DNA of 63,954 bases, filler included, from Lenisia limosa (Eukaryota; Protista; Breviatea), in NCBI GenBank assembly GCA_001655205.1. It is 6 parts of 6 records of this genome, joined end to end, with 100 filler letters (N's around TTAATTAATTAA, not from the genome) between each part and the next. Parts side by side here need not be neighbours in the genome. Positions count along the whole stretch, not along the records: positions 1 to 28,353 come from LPNZ01009208.1; positions 28,454 to 38,063 come from LPNZ01004206.1; 4 more parts are not named here. One strand, 5' to 3'. The translations under genes and the position numbers were made by a program. Position 1 is the first letter of the stretch. Every line of letters starts with the position of its first letter. Positions 15,301-28,749 of this stretch are shown here, in pieces. The notes under the pieces are model-generated. The model was not told the origin of the DNA and did not search any database. It saw nothing but the letters and a program-made list of their open reading frames with translations.

Positions 15301-18300
15301 AGAGTGATGGTGTGGACAGCCAGATACAGCCTTGTTTTATTTCTCATTTCAATATAATATATTATACCCTTTCTCATCTCAACATACATGTATACTACAG
15401 TAAATGTAATTGTGTAATATTTTGTAGGTTCTGCCCTCTCAGCTTGTGAAAATGCTCTCTCTGAATATGGTGGTAAAATCGTTGCTTTTGCTGCCTCCCG
15501 GCCCACTGTGGTAAATGGAAGATTTCATACGGACTTTTAATTCCTTTTTAATACTCATCTCGACTATTTCCTTTCTGTTGTCAGCATTTAGGGACTTGGT
15601 GCGATTGCGTTACGGACAGCCCCTCCGCTCAAGTCCGGGATGAAACAAGTTAGTGTTGAAGACATGCTCAGTTGTCACGATCTTTGTGTGGATTGCTGTT
15701 CAAAATATAGGGTGACATGGACCATGTCCTTCAGACGCCTTCCTCTCCTTGGTACTCCGATTTCCTCAAAACCTGCGTCAGGGACTCCGTTTGTATGAAT
15801 TGAGGGAGTGTTTAAGGTGGTTCAGTCGCTGATTTGAAGCCATGTGTGCAGTTTTGAAAAACACCCTTCGGGATAATTTCGTAGGGAGCTTTTTATATAA
15901 AATAGCCTCGGATAGAAACAAATTAAATATCCATTTTACCTACGTACGAGGTTGTTTCAAAGTTTGAAATTTTTGGCTTCTACATTTTTTTATTTTTGGG
16001 GGTTTAAACATGATATTTGAGGAATTTATATTTTCCCCATCAACTACGCACAACCAGTAGTGCATCATTGTCCAGTTTTTGCACTATTAGACTCATATAG
16101 CCTCGGTTAAGTACATTCCAGGCCGTTTTTTACTCATTTTTACCTATTTTTAAAATTTCGATGTTAGAGCTGTTTCATATGAAAAACTACCCTGCGTTGA
16201 AAACTTCGCACTGTTTCAGTTTATTTGCCAAAATAAAACAACGACTGAACCACCATAATTGCCTTTGCTCCCGTCCATTATTGTTTTCAGCTGTTGATAT
16301 TGCCCTTTGTCCCAGTCGACCTGTTGAAGCTGCCTCTTATGGTAGGTTGTTCCTGAAGGTAGAACGGTCTCTGATCAGTTCAGTTCCACTGACAAGTCAA
16401 ACTGGAGGCGCGCTGAAGTTCATTCCAGCCTTCAACCAAGCCAATGTCCATGGCCATGCACAGCAACTTAACAGCTTCGTGTATAACATATGCACGAGAG
16501 AACAAGGTATTTTTCACAAATGCCTTCCTTTACCATTTAAGTTTACAATTGTGTTGCCCGCGTTCGATGCAGTCAAGGTGTTGAAGTCTCCAATGTTTCG
16601 GGTCCTCTTTCATGGAATAATTCCGATATTCTTATGGTTTGTTACTTCCATTGTTGTTTTGCGAGATTAATAACGATATGACGCCACACTCAGGCTGGAA
16701 GTGATGCGGATAAGTCCATTCTGGTTCACCTTGATTTGGTTGAAAATCTCAACCCACACCGAAACGTTGTCGTTCAATTCGCTATCTTGTAGGCTTTGGT
16801 ATTTCAGAAGATTTAGCAGCGTCAACCAGATAAACCCTTTACTTTTTGTTCTTCAGATTTACAACTGTGGATGGGAGGCGAATGATGCGAACCATCACCT
16901 TCCAAGCACCTGTCGTGCCTGATATGATGCCCGTTTTCAAGGCCTTCGACTGTGACTCTTTTGTGGCTTACCAAGCCCGAAAAANNNNNNNNNNNNNNNN
17001 NNNNNNNNNNNNNNNNNNNNNNNNNNNNNNNNNNNNNNNNNNNNNNNNNNNNNNNNNNNNNNNNNNNNNNNNNNNNNNNNNNNNNNNNNNNNNNNNNNNN
17101 NNNNNNNNNNNNNNNNNNNNNNNNNNNNNNNNNNNNNNNNNNNNNNNNNNNNNNNNNNNNNTTGTTTTCAAATGAAAATGTTGGAGCTGACACTTGGAGG
17201 TACACCCAATGGCGTTTTATCGCGAAATGGCAGAAGTGACACCCCCCGAAAGCAAACTTGTCATCCCAGGTACTTATACAGCCATGGCTTTGATGCCTCT
17301 GATCTATTTAGACAGTTTCAGCACCATGGCCCTTCAACTCCTTGGGCTTATCAAGTCCCCCCTTCTGAATGTTGATGCATACGCCGACTTGAGAGCATCG
17401 CTAGCGTCAAAATTACTTATTCACGGTAGGGGTTAGCTTGCTGTCTTTGCTTTACCCCTTCTAGGTCCTCAAAAGCTTTGTCATGTTTTTGTCCCAGAGT
17501 TTAGGTGCGTGTCACGGATGAGTGAAAGAGTATACGGGGGGTTTTGATTACTGACAACGAGAGGGAGAAGATTGCTTTGTAAACAGAGTTGTATGCAAAT
17601 GATTGTTCATAAACGAAATATGTATGGATGAATTGGAGCTAGATTGATTAAATTTCTGACTCTACCCACTCAACGTTTTTTATTTGTGGTCCAGGCAAAT
17701 AAACCTAACTCAGCAGTCCGGAACACGGGGAATGGGAGGGCGCACGATTTTGCCATCAACAGTGCGGCCGTCTGTCAACCATCTTGTCGACAAAGAAACT
17801 TATCTCATCACCCACGGCTTGGGGCTGATTCTCTACTTCGGCGTGAACTGCGATAAGGAGTTCATTAAGAACGTTCTCGGTACCGAGGTGGGTATGGGTG
17901 TTTCTGGGTTTCAAACGTTTATCTGAAATCAGTACCTTTTTTACCCCTCCCCCCCTTATTANNNNNNNNNNNNNNNNNNNNNNNNNNNNNNNNNNNNNNN
18001 NNNNNNNNNNNNNNNNNNNNNNNNNNNNNNNNNNNNNNNNNNNNNNNNNNNNNNNNNNNNNNNNNNNNNNNNNNNNNNNNNNNNNNNNNNNNNNNNNNNN
18101 NNNNNNCTTGAGAATGAAACTTCCCTCAAAATCAGATCCATCATAACTGAAATCAGGTGATTTCGCTTTTTATAGTGTTATTATCATATAGTATATCATT
18201 ATCATATAATACACAAATTGATAGTATCATATAGCACGTACATATGACGAAGGAGTCAATTTATTTTTTTATAATCGCAAAAAGTAAAATTGGCAAGAAC

Positions 18301-18801
18301 TCTAACTAATAACCCACCACATTAATACATAAAATATGATGTATTTGGGACTCTCCAATTCTGGTCAACCTATCATCACCTTCAAAATAGATGAGAATTA
18401 AAAAAGTACTTTTTTTTTTTTTTTTTTCTCATCTCTTTTCAGAAGAAGAAANNNNNNNNNNNNNNNNNNNNNNNNNNNNNNNNNNNNNNNNNNNNNNNNN
18501 NNNNNNNNNNNNNNNNNNNNNNNNNNNNNNNNNNNNNTATGAACCTCATTGAAGACTCTGACAGCGCGGGGTGTGTTTGGAGAGAATAACAATGTTTTCA
18601 ATGTGTTTGTTTTATTACTTCTTTTTCTTAATGATCTCTCATATTCCAGGGCAAGTCTTGGTAGTGCGTTCAGAGCACTGCACACCTCAGTTATCAATAG
18701 CGTCAAAAGGTTTGCTATCATCAGTGGTTCCAAAGTGTTTTCCAATTATTGCTTTTCTTGATGCTGCTATTGCAATTAACCACAACAATAGTATTCCTTG
18801 A
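12371..18801 (+). CDS. SEC24: COPII coat subunit Sec24
   Basis: Pro-rich N-terminus, zinc finger RCQRCRAFVNPGFKFQDG..WVCNLCG, PELKYGVVDWVAPKE, trunk domain (VAFVTFNDTIHFYSL; HDSCF-GSALSACENALSEYGGKIVAF), gelsolin-like LPSTVRPSVNHLVDKETYLITHG, C-terminal MNLIEDSDSAG. Exact stop uncertain. Confidence 0.92.
15214..15350 (+). mobile_element. Family B element, near full length (hairpin loop deleted)
   Basis: GGGGAGGCACGCAGAAAGCTGTGT..AGAGTTGTAAGGCA..ATAAGAGTGATGGTGTGGACAGCCAGATACAGCCTTGTTTTATTTCTCAT. SEC24 intron, sense. Confidence 0.8.
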
Positions 18802-19012
18802 GATAACTTCTCCAGTCGACACCAGAACAGCTTGCAGAGTATAACTGCTCTGCACCACTAATCCCAGTCGCTTTGATTCTTTGATTTCAATAGAAATTCT
18901 TGTTTGGTATTACTCCCCCCTCCCCCTGCAAGAATCCAAGACTTATCAGTTTATCAGTTCAGCCAATGCACAGTTGAACAGTTGCTGCATACACAGCTAA
19001 TACGAATAATGA

Positions 19013-22000
19013 ATGGCAGGTGAGTGTCCGGAAGGCACTGGCCAGGCCTGGAGGGTGGTTCTGGGACAAAAAGGAATCCCTTTACCCCAACCTGGCTCGT
19101 GGGTAACATGCATGGAACGGAGTCTCTCCAGATCCGAGATCCATTTAGGGCCTTGGAGAGTCTAGGTTCGATTCTCCGCGATGGCGTTATTTTACAATTT
19201 TGTCGCTTTTGTGTTTGGAACTAAAAAGTAGCAGAAAGTGAGTGAAAAATTGGTGAAAAAGAGAAAAACTAAAAAAGAAAAATAATACTGAAAACTCAGA
19301 CGAAAGAAAGCAAACAAAGAAGATTCATTCCCTAAACAGATTCCCAGATCTTCTTATGGAGATGGAGGTTCAGCTTGAGCTTTGCCCAATCTCAATTGGA
19401 GATGGGGTAAATCAGTCACCAACGTCTTTGTTGGACATGTAGGCAGAGGGGGGGGGGTCAGTGTTCAATCATTTTGCTTGCTTCTCACCCAGTTCTCACC
19501 TTACCCTAGTACTATCCATGGGGAAAAGGCAGTTCTTCATTGTGAAATTGGTAAATCAAGCCCCAAGTCATTAATCACCACTCTTTGTGCAAGTAGGGGA
19601 GGGTGTTTCTCAAAAATTAAAAAGTTCAATATTTCTTTTGATAATGTTACTTTTTGTGTTATTTGAGTTGATCTTTTTTTAGCTACAAATGGAGTGAGTC
19701 ATCTCTCCCTTTCAGTGGCTAATGACAGGTCCACACAGTACCAGAATGCTGAGGTTTGTCTGCATGACAGTGGCTTGGTCTTGGGTTGGAATCTTTTGGT
19801 AATATCACTTTTCAGGTACTCTTGAAAAGATGCTCGGTTGTTGACAGTGGGTTGGAGCTCTATTCATTGAGGCTTGTTGAAACGAATTTCAATTTAATGA
19901 AATTTAGAGTTAATTGCGGGGATTTTTTTTCTTCTAAATTTGTCCATCTTTTTTGGATCCTTTTCTCTTAAATTTGCTTGTTCAGGTTCACACACAATTA
20001 AGCCCTATCGGTTCACTGTAGCTGGAAGAAGTCCCCAAAAGTACATATTTATCACCATTGAAGGAGTTTGCTGGGATATTACAATAGTTTTATGAGTATA
20101 CTTTGTCTTATGTCCACAGAAGTCCGGAGCAACTCTATCAAATATCTGTATCAAAACAAAAGGCTTGTCTACTGGTGGGTCCAGGTACTATAAAGATGCA
20201 TCTTGCATCAATGACAAATACAGAGAACTATTCGTTGAAATCACATTTTGATGATAATCCAATGTAGCACCTGTCAAACTCGAGGGTTTTGCATTTTCGA
20301 AAACTACTATGCAAACAATGCCCAACCCTCTTGATGATCTTCCTGAACTTCCCACTCTCAAGAAGGACATTGTTTCACCAATGACTTGTCCAGGTTGGAT
20401 AGTGTTCTTTTTTAATCCCAATAATTATTGATAGGACCTCTGACATTTTAGCTCCTTTCCAGCGAAAAAGATCAAGGCGCGTATTGCCACCAACAGTCCA
20501 ACCTTTATCAAAATCTATCCAAGTGAGAATGTTGCTTTTTTTCAAAGGTCGACAAAAAAATAATATTACACCACACATATAAGGCTAAGATTTGGAAAAT
20601 GAAAATAACAGTCAGAGATCTTTGATTATCCAGCCAGTCAAGCGGGACATAATGACCAAGAAGCTCGTTGGACTAAACAAGCGAAGCACTGTACTCAGTG
20701 AGTCTTTGAAGCCTTCAAGATCGCAAGTCCCAAAGCGTTTGTGGCGAAATAGTACTGATTGGGACTTTGCAGAGTCTGAATGAGTTTTCATTTAATAGCC
20801 CGAGCTGTACCTGTTTGTTCAGCACCATCTGTCCCAAAAATTGCTCCACCTCAACCCCCGCCTGTTCTACAATCTACTCCAGTACCCCCACCCAGATTGA
20901 GACAAGGTATTTCTTGCTTTGGAATTTGCATTGAATTCGCTTTGTCATTGTGCAAGTGCAAGCTTATTCGCAATAGGTTGAAGAGCATATAATATGAACA
21001 AAGAAGTAAATAATTTAAGTAAAAGGTGAAATTATGTCAAGTAGAGTACAGTATCTCATTTACTGATGAATTTAACTATTTTTTTTTGTTTACTTAGCTA
21101 AATCTTGCTCGGAGGATTTAGATATAGTATATCAAATACTTTATCCGTTCATCTTTGCATATCTTAACTCAAAGCAGGGTTTTACCTTTACCTATCCTAT
21201 CTTTAAAACGCTTAAATAAAGTACGTTACGTTATAAAACAGCGTCAAGCTTGTAGTTTGTTCCAAAATACCCCAAAAAAAACTGCTCAGTACAAAATGAG
21301 CAAAATGAAATGGCTTACAACCTTTAATTTTGTTTTGGAAAGAGTTAACTGACACCTCAGCCCCTAATCCTGTGTCTTCACCGCACGTCCCCAAGAAAGG
21401 TACACTTCCTTTTTTTTCAGTCATATTTTTGAAGCTCACCATTCATTTATTAGTTCCTCTCCCAGCTTCTGTCGCCCCCCAAACCCAGGTAAGGTCTGCC
21501 AAAATAGATGATTTATTGTTCTTACCCAATCTGTTTTGCTTTCTTTGGCTTTAATTCACACCTTAGGAGGTTGAATCTTCGCAATCTTCTGCAGCCCGAA
21601 GGTTAGCCGAGCGCCGGGCCAAAAAAAGAGCCGAGCTTGGAGACAAGCCACCCGTGTTCACCGTTTCTGATGCAATGGCACTCAGGCTTGAACCCAGGGT
21701 AGTCGAATCCCCGAAAAAAACAATCAAGAAGAAGGCTGTTTCAGCAGAACCTTCGAAAGAAGCCAAAGAAAAGGTATCTCAGGCAAAATGTGTGGTGAGT
21801 AAAGTTAACAATGATATTGCGGAATTGAAAGATGAACAAGAGAAAAAGCGCCAGGAGTGGGAGGAAGAGAACCGTAGAATTACAAGGCAGCTCGATAGTC
21901 TGAGGAGAGATCTCAGATCCGCAGAGAAGGAACTTGCTTCTGCTGAATCTGAACTATTTCCTATTGATGTAAGTATTGACTGAACTGTCATTTATTGTCC

Positions 22001-22578
22001 CAGGTAGAAATGGATTCTGACTCTGATATACCACCCGCACCTCCCGCACCCTCCTCACAGCCGACATCCTTCTCGTTGGACTCGTTGAAAAAGGTCAATT
22101 TATCTCAACGGCTCCCCAACATATTTGAGGTATTTATGGAATATCTTGGCACTCAAACCCTGCTTTGCTTTACCCTCTAGAAAGTAGTTGTCATGATGTA
22201 TAACGCTGACGGGTCTGAAAGTGAACAGGCTTCAAGAACCATTATTGCCTGCGGAGGGTATGGAACCGTTTTACTCTGCCATTTTATACTTGATTAAATG
22301 TGATATTACTACAAAACCGTTTATTTTTATAGAAAAATTGAGCAGTACATGGGCTCTACAGTAACACATGTCATTACATCTGGAAAATGGTGCAAAGACA
22401 TTGCTGACGTGGTTCCAAAAGTCAAGGTTGGTTGAAATATAGCAAAATATCTCATCTCCCACTTTTTTTTTATTCAGTCAAAACTTAAACCAAAAAGGCA
22501 ACCACCCCTAAATGGGCAATCGATTCGGCAGCTCATGGCAAAATCCTTCCATGTGGACAGTATAGAATCCCCAAGTGA
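19013..22578 (+). CDS. C-terminal BRCT-domain protein, possibly XRCC1-like, with Pro-rich linker and coiled coil
   Basis: Last exons: KVVVMMYNADGSESEQASRTIIACGG-KIEQYMGSTVTHVITSGKWCKDIAD..ATTPKWAIDSAAHGKILPCGQYRIPK-TGA, which fit the BRCT signature. N-terminal beta-rich exons (MEVQLELCPISIGDG; NGVSHLSLSVAND..EVLLKRCSVV) loosely recall the XRCC1 N-terminal domain. Start uncertain. Confidence 0.6.
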
Positions 22579-22675
22579 ACAATTATTTATTTATCTTTTT
22601 GATCAATTTTTGGGTCTCATTTATTGTACAAATACAGCAAAACTACTAAAAACACAGACTATCTAAAAAAGTTTA

Positions 22676-25225
22676 CTAATTTGGTGAGTGACTCCACAAT
22701 CCATTTATCAACGGGGTCATTTTTTGGGTCCCAAACAACATAAGGTCGGAGTTGCTCAATGAGGCAAGGTGAGCCTGTTTCATCCCCTTGATGCTGAGGC
22801 TTCGGAGGGACAAGTTCTTCGGCGGCCACTTCGGCTTGAGGTAAACTGTTCTCTTCAATGAATAGGTCGGCGGTCCTAGAGAGTAAGGAAAATCAATGCA
22901 ACCAGATACTAACATATGTTTTCGGCATCGGCAGCATGATTGATGTACAAATAGTATCAAAAACGGGAGAAGAAACAGAAGATAGCCTTTCCTGCGCAAT
23001 GAGGTGAAAACTCTTTTTGCAAACCTTTTTCGTTGATGAAAGTAGTAAGGAGGTTGATAGTTTCGCTTTGGAATCTGGATTATCAAAACCTGAATCAAGA
23101 ATCTTACCTCTTCGTCAAAACTATTTCTGGTATCTGACTGATCTGGACCGGCTAAAGCGTTTAATTGCTTCAAAGTCACCAAATTACCTTTATGATCCAT
23201 ATCAGAGGCATCAGGGTCATATTTTGAATCAGCTAGAGGATAAGGGACTGGCAAGATCGTAACCAACCATCCAGCAGATTGGGCATAATCGTCATTCCTT
23301 CATATGGACGCTGTGAGTGTAAGACCCGTCTATCAGAGACTCTGCCACTTACAAATTTATAAGGTAAAGGAATAATCTCATCAGCAATTCCAGGAACATG
23401 GATTCCTTGAGTCAACTTATCACAAGAGGTTGTGTCCTTGATTAGGTAAGAGTCACCTGTTCCACTGAATTGAGTTTGGCCTTGTTCACTTTCATCTAAA
23501 TATCAGAGGTTGTTATGACTTTACTAACCAGTCATGAGATTTGGCATCACAGTCATCCCTTCCATGAGGCGCTATAGATTTTAACCAGGCAATACGAATG
23601 GACAATACCACTGTAATACTCACGAATTTATGAGGGAACGGAATAATTTCGTCAGCTATCCCAGGGACATGTATGCCTTTTGTTGGAGAATCGTTAATAA
23701 AAGAATTGGAAACCTGTATTAGTCATACAAGTGAACCAGATGAAGCTTACATCCAGTTTAGAATTGCTGTTTTGTTCAACTGTGGGGTGCACTTCACCTT
23801 TTTCAGATACAGAATCCTTGCCAATTATTGAATTTATTTGATTAATTTTCTCTTCTTGGTAATCTACATTTGGTTAATAAAAAGAGTAGTTACCACGAGT
23901 GAGTTGGGTGGGTGCTTCTACAGGGCTAGTCCACGAACAGAAAGGAGGATGTCGGAGTTTAGGATGAAATAGTTCGTCTAATTCGTTATGGTGCAATAAT
24001 TTAATAGAAGGACGTAGTGTCAAAACAGTCCAATTGTTCACAATTGTTAAAGTTGTTTGGTTTTCATACCAAGCATTATATCACTGAGGGATCTCTGACT
24101 GTTGATATGATAATGTCGCATCCTTGGGCGAAATACTGTGGCCTTGTGATGAAAAGGCTAAAATGTAAGCTCAAGAAGTAAGGCCCACAGAAGGATGATG
24201 TGAAGTTAAAGGTCTGGAACCTTCTGGTTGGGGGGCTGTTAATTTTTGGTATTTGAAGCGGCATAAATCCGACTCTCTCAGTGACATCTGACGTATTAGT
24301 ACTATCATAGAAGAGGAACCCGATCAACAACCAGATGTAACTCTAATGACTTTTCTTACTTACATGTGCAGGTACAGTCAATGGTATGTCTGTCAAGTTA
24401 TCAACAAGCAATGGGTGAATACGGTATGGTGAGGGAGGAGACTACTCAGTCAAAGAAGGCAAAGGTCTAACTTGAAAGTAAAGGTTTTCATACTGCGGGG
24501 TACGAACATCCAGGCCACGCGAATGAACTTGTGTTGTCTAATAATGACTAATTAACACATGGTTCTCCATACCAAAACACGAGCTAGAGGAAAGAGAACT
24601 CCATTTCTGACAAGCGAGTTGGAAACAAATGGAATCAGTCTGCGAAGGTCAGTTACAGAGCAGGGCAAAACATGTGCAAGGTGTATCTGCAAACGGTTTG
24701 TTCCAACGGGCCTCTTACCTCGGAGTGCAAATGGTTGGGACAATTGAAGACATCATAGTCTGAAAAAACCAAGTTCAAATCGAATTAATAAATTCGTAAT
24801 TTAGTATAAGCAACGCTAGTTTGTAAGGAACCTAAGGGGGGCTTTGTCATGACACTGGGGAAGGCAAGTGACAAGTAGTTTCGGTAAAATACTGTTTTGC
24901 AAAAAGAAAAAAAAGAGAGCGAGAAATAAACAACTAGAACAAATGGAGAAATGGAAAGCTGATGATACTTGATGGAATAATGTTTAATTAAAAGCAACAA
25001 AAAACAAAAACAGAAACTTTCCCTAAAAGGTAATTGGAGATTTTAGACTGATACACTGCGGCTGCGGAGGGGCTCCCTGGCCGTCCCGGGTTTACATCGT
25101 GACCAGCGATCTTTGATCTGGACTTTTAGTCTTACTCGAAATCTGACTCTGACTTTCCCCGAGCCGGGCCCTTCATTGAAGGACTGTACTGGACCCACGG
25201 TTGGACCGGGGAAACTCTGACTCAT
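22676..25225 (-). CDS. Multi-exon gene of unknown function with an internally duplicated exon pair
   Basis: GT-AG-bounded open exons, for example SPPSPYRIHPLLVDNLTDIPLTVPAH, GIHVPGIADEIIPFPHKF, GIHVPGIADEIIPLPYKF, TADLFIEENSLPQAEV...DKWIVESLTKL. Frames not fully reconciled. Confidence 0.45.
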
Positions 25226-25263
25226 ATTCGATTGAGAAAAAAAGATATAAATTGAAATTGGAG

Positions 25264-28200
25264 ATGATGAGGTTCATTCACATTGTTGCGCTTCTTCACA
25301 TCTTTCTCCTTACCCTCTCCTCCGCAAATGATGATAAAACGACTTTTGACAGTTTACAGGATGAAAAGGTAAGAACTGAGTACAAAATAATGAAATAGGA
25401 CCGTTCAGCCAAAGGCACTATCAAGCGACTGCTCGGAGAACAAGCTGAGGTGTTTCTCCCAAATGAGTTTATTCGTAGGTCACTGATATCTGCACACACA
25501 AGTCTTCATTTATAACTCATTTTCATTAGTTCTAAGAATTATTTACCTCCTTCCCTTCACTTACAGAGTCCATTGAAAATGCACTTGATGACCAGACAAC
25601 TTATTTTCTCGTTGCGTTTTTCATAAGTTTGATGGTTTGGAATTGTATAACTTATAACTTCATAAATCTCCAAGCATCACCTTCCACACCCTAGTTTCCC
25701 AAGCTGTTCTTCTCGTCTTTGTTGGTCCATACTTCTTTGGTGGAGCGGAAAATGAGCCAGCTACTGATCAACCACCGCAGTTGTGATTGGGGAGGGGAGG
25801 GGGGACTTGTAACACAAGATCGTCAATAATCATCACCCCTTTAGGCCAGCAACTTCAACAAACATGTCTCCTTTTTTTCATGCAGATTTTTCTGAAAGTA
25901 ACCCACAATTATCTAGCGAGGCTTTGGAGGCATCAATAGCAGAAGTTGGCCTGAGTCTTGCATTTTTCTTTTCCCATTTTGCTTTTTGCTTGAAGTGACA
26001 TTTTCAGGCGGGGGGAGATCCATTGGCGATCAAAACTGTGTTGGATGAGGTTAACAGAGCAAGGTGCGTGGGGTTGTTTTGCTGTGTGTTGAAGTACATT
26101 TATTATATTCCACAGATTGAAGGCAGAAAGTGAAGCATTTGAAGCAAGAAGGTTTGTATTATTCTGGTAATACTCTTTTTTTTATTATCAAGTTTTTGTT
26201 TTTAGTGTAAAATTACATCCAGGTGTTTGGCTCAAATGCAAGGATCCCATGAGTTTTCAGCAAAAGATTCGGTATAAGGGGGAAAGGTTGATGGTTTGAC
26301 AGTCGTATTGAGTCACAATAACTCTCAAGGCCAAGCGTATTGCTGAATTGGAATGTGAGCTGAAAGAGGCAGTGAATACGAAGGATAAAGCTTTGACAGG
26401 AAGCGCCCATGAGGTAAAAAGAGAATATTTTAATCTCTCAGATGAATAAAATGAGAACCAAGGTGACATTAGAGGCTGAAGAAAGACATGTAAAAGAAAT
26501 GGAGGTCGGGTTGATTTCTAATATATTTTTTTTATTTTTTTTTTGTGTGTGCTTTTCTCTATTTTCTCACCTCATAGCTCCGTTTAGCTGAGCTTTCAGA
26601 ATCAAGAAAAGAAGCAATGGATTTACATATTGAGTTTGTTGCATTTAAACAACAGCATTCTAGTTTGCATGGCTCCGCTAAATAAATGATATCGCAATTT
26701 GAAATTCCTAACTGGTTAGGTCTACAAGGACGCACAGATGCACTAACGAGTGAAATTAAGTCCCTCAATGAAACCATTGAGGCGCTTCAACAAGAGAAAA
26801 TTGACACTCGTCAGCTCGAAGCATCGCAAAAAGTGAGTATTATTGAAGCTTATGAAAACTAATATCGTACTCTGTTCCACCTTTATGACTTTTAGGTTCT
26901 TCTTGGTATTAAGGAAAACGAAATAAATACAGTAAAGGTGTGTTGGAAATGTCTTTGTTGATATTAAGCCAGTTATTTTATGAGTTGATGACCGTACTCA
27001 TAACTTTTCCTGAGAAAATTAGATGGAAAGTAGTTATTACTATAGCCCATTTTGCAACATATTGCTGTATTCTTCCAATTTTTGTAGGCTGTTTCTGAAG
27101 ATAGAAAAGAAGCACTAGAAAAGGCCAAAGAAGAGGTTTGCTCAACGAAATGTTTCAATGGTGTAGGCCCAAGCACAGCACCTCAAACTATTGGCTATTG
27201 AAGCTGAGCACACAGCTCAAGTCACAAAACTTGTAGCTGATTGTCAGAATCTTGAGAAGAAGGTAAGAAGGATGACTGGTTTACTGTAACACATGAGCTT
27301 GAAACTGCCAGCATGGAGAATGCTCTCAAAAGAGATGTTCAGATTGCTGATGCTGAAAAAAATGAAGCAATTCTCAAAGAAGAGGTTGGTGTCCTTTTTT
27401 TTTCAGAGAAAACAACCAAATTTGAAATGATGCTGGTTTTTACAGTTTCAGATCCAGTCACTTCGGCAAATGCAAACGCGGTCTGAAGACGATGCGGCTG
27501 AACGGGTATGTTCTTCTTTAGAATACTATCTCACAGTGTTAGATGCGTGAACGTGAGCAAACACATAGGGACGTTTTGAATGAGGTCAAGAAAAGTGCTG
27601 AAAACGCAAAAGAGGTTCGATTCCACTTGTGAAGTATTCACCAGTTAGGATTTTAAGTTTACTTTAACTGCAGCGGAAAGCAGCCATCAAGTAGTTGTTG
27701 AAGATTTGAAAGTTGGTTCCCTGAAATAGTCTTGTTTCTGGGTTGCCTGAGGTCATTTTCACCTTCCCACCTTTCACTAAAAAACTATTGTAGAAGGCAC
27801 ATGAAGGCCATATTGCGGCACTAGAACAATCAATCATTGACCTGAAGAATGCCAACACTGAGTCTCTAAAAGTTTGATTCAAAATGAGATTAACTTGTAC
27901 AGACTATGGAAACAAACTACGATAAGCAGATTGCCCAGACGGTTCTTTATGAACGACAGCAAAAGGCTTTAGAAGTTGCGGAACTCCAAGCATTAATTAA
28001 TAGACTCAAATCCAAACATGATGCTGATAAAGAAGTGGGCTTAAGACCAGAAGTAGTTGAACATACAAAATGGAGGAAGATGGGATCAAAATCACATCTT
28101 CAGGTTCACTTGGAAGAGCTGAAGGCAGCCGAAGCAATAGCAAACCGACGAGTAGCTGATAGTCACATTTTGGCAGCCAGGCAAGAAGATGAGGTGAGGA

Positions 28201-28277
28201 TACTTAAAAATTAGTCATCTTTCAGGGTAAGGTGAAGACGGCTCGAACAGTGAAGGACCTCAATGAAGAGTGTAAAC
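25264..28277 (+). CDS. Signal-peptide/membrane-anchored long coiled-coil protein (3' end cut by scaffold end)
   Basis: MMRFIHIVALLHIFLLTLSSANDDK signal peptide, hydrophobic FLVAFFI..SQAVLLVFVGPYFF, then about 15 short E/K/Q-rich heptad exons (e.g. ETNYDKQIAQTVLYERQQKALE). Could be two genes. Confidence 0.55.
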
Positions 28278-28353
28278 GTGAGTTTATTTTTTTCAGTTGC
28301 ATCTCCCCCCTCCCCCCCTGACAAGCGTCTAACCTCCCTCTAATGCTTTCCCT

Positions 28354-28453
28354 NNNNNNNNNNNNNNNNNNNNNNNNNNNNNNNNNNNNNNNNNNNNTTA
28401 ATTAATTAANNNNNNNNNNNNNNNNNNNNNNNNNNNNNNNNNNNNNNNNNNNN
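28354..28453. other. Synthetic scaffold linker N44-TTAATTAATTAA-N44
   Basis: Exactly 44 N + 12-mer with stops in all six frames + 44 N. Identical at five sites. Confidence 0.97.
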
Positions 28454-28749
28454 GATGTGAGAGGAATGCGGGCTCTTTAATCGAATACCAAGAAATATAA
28501 TCGAAGAGGACCAATATATATAAAGGAGGTCTGATATGGAAATATATACGTATAAAGGAGGTCTGTTAGAAAGACAATCAAATAGCATCGAGTTTAGAGT
28601 GTTTCTAACCGATCTTTCTAAAGGTAATTAGTATGCTCAGTAATTTGCAGGATTATTCATACCAAAACAAAACCACAAATATTAGAGGGGGGGGGGGTTG
28701 CTCCAATACTAATAATTACTAAATTTGAAGAATTATTAGGAGTTGTCAT

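Noticed and set aside
15214-15350. Family B as a C/D or H/ACA snoRNA, tRNA-derived SINE, hammerhead ribozyme or group II intron remnant
   Set aside because: GTGATGG only resembles box C and no conserved CTGA box D follows. No Pol III B box (GTTCRA), no CTGATGA/GAAA hammerhead core and no domain V pattern is conserved across copies.
16161-16670. 169-aa plus-strand ORF as a separate gene or transposase
   Set aside because: It runs from intron into SEC24 exons, and no DDE motif is visible.
19800-19880. Non-canonical GC-AG donors (for example near 19870 and in MROH1 near 52487)
   Set aside because: GT donors nearby give acceptable frames, or the exon simply continues, so no GC donor is required.
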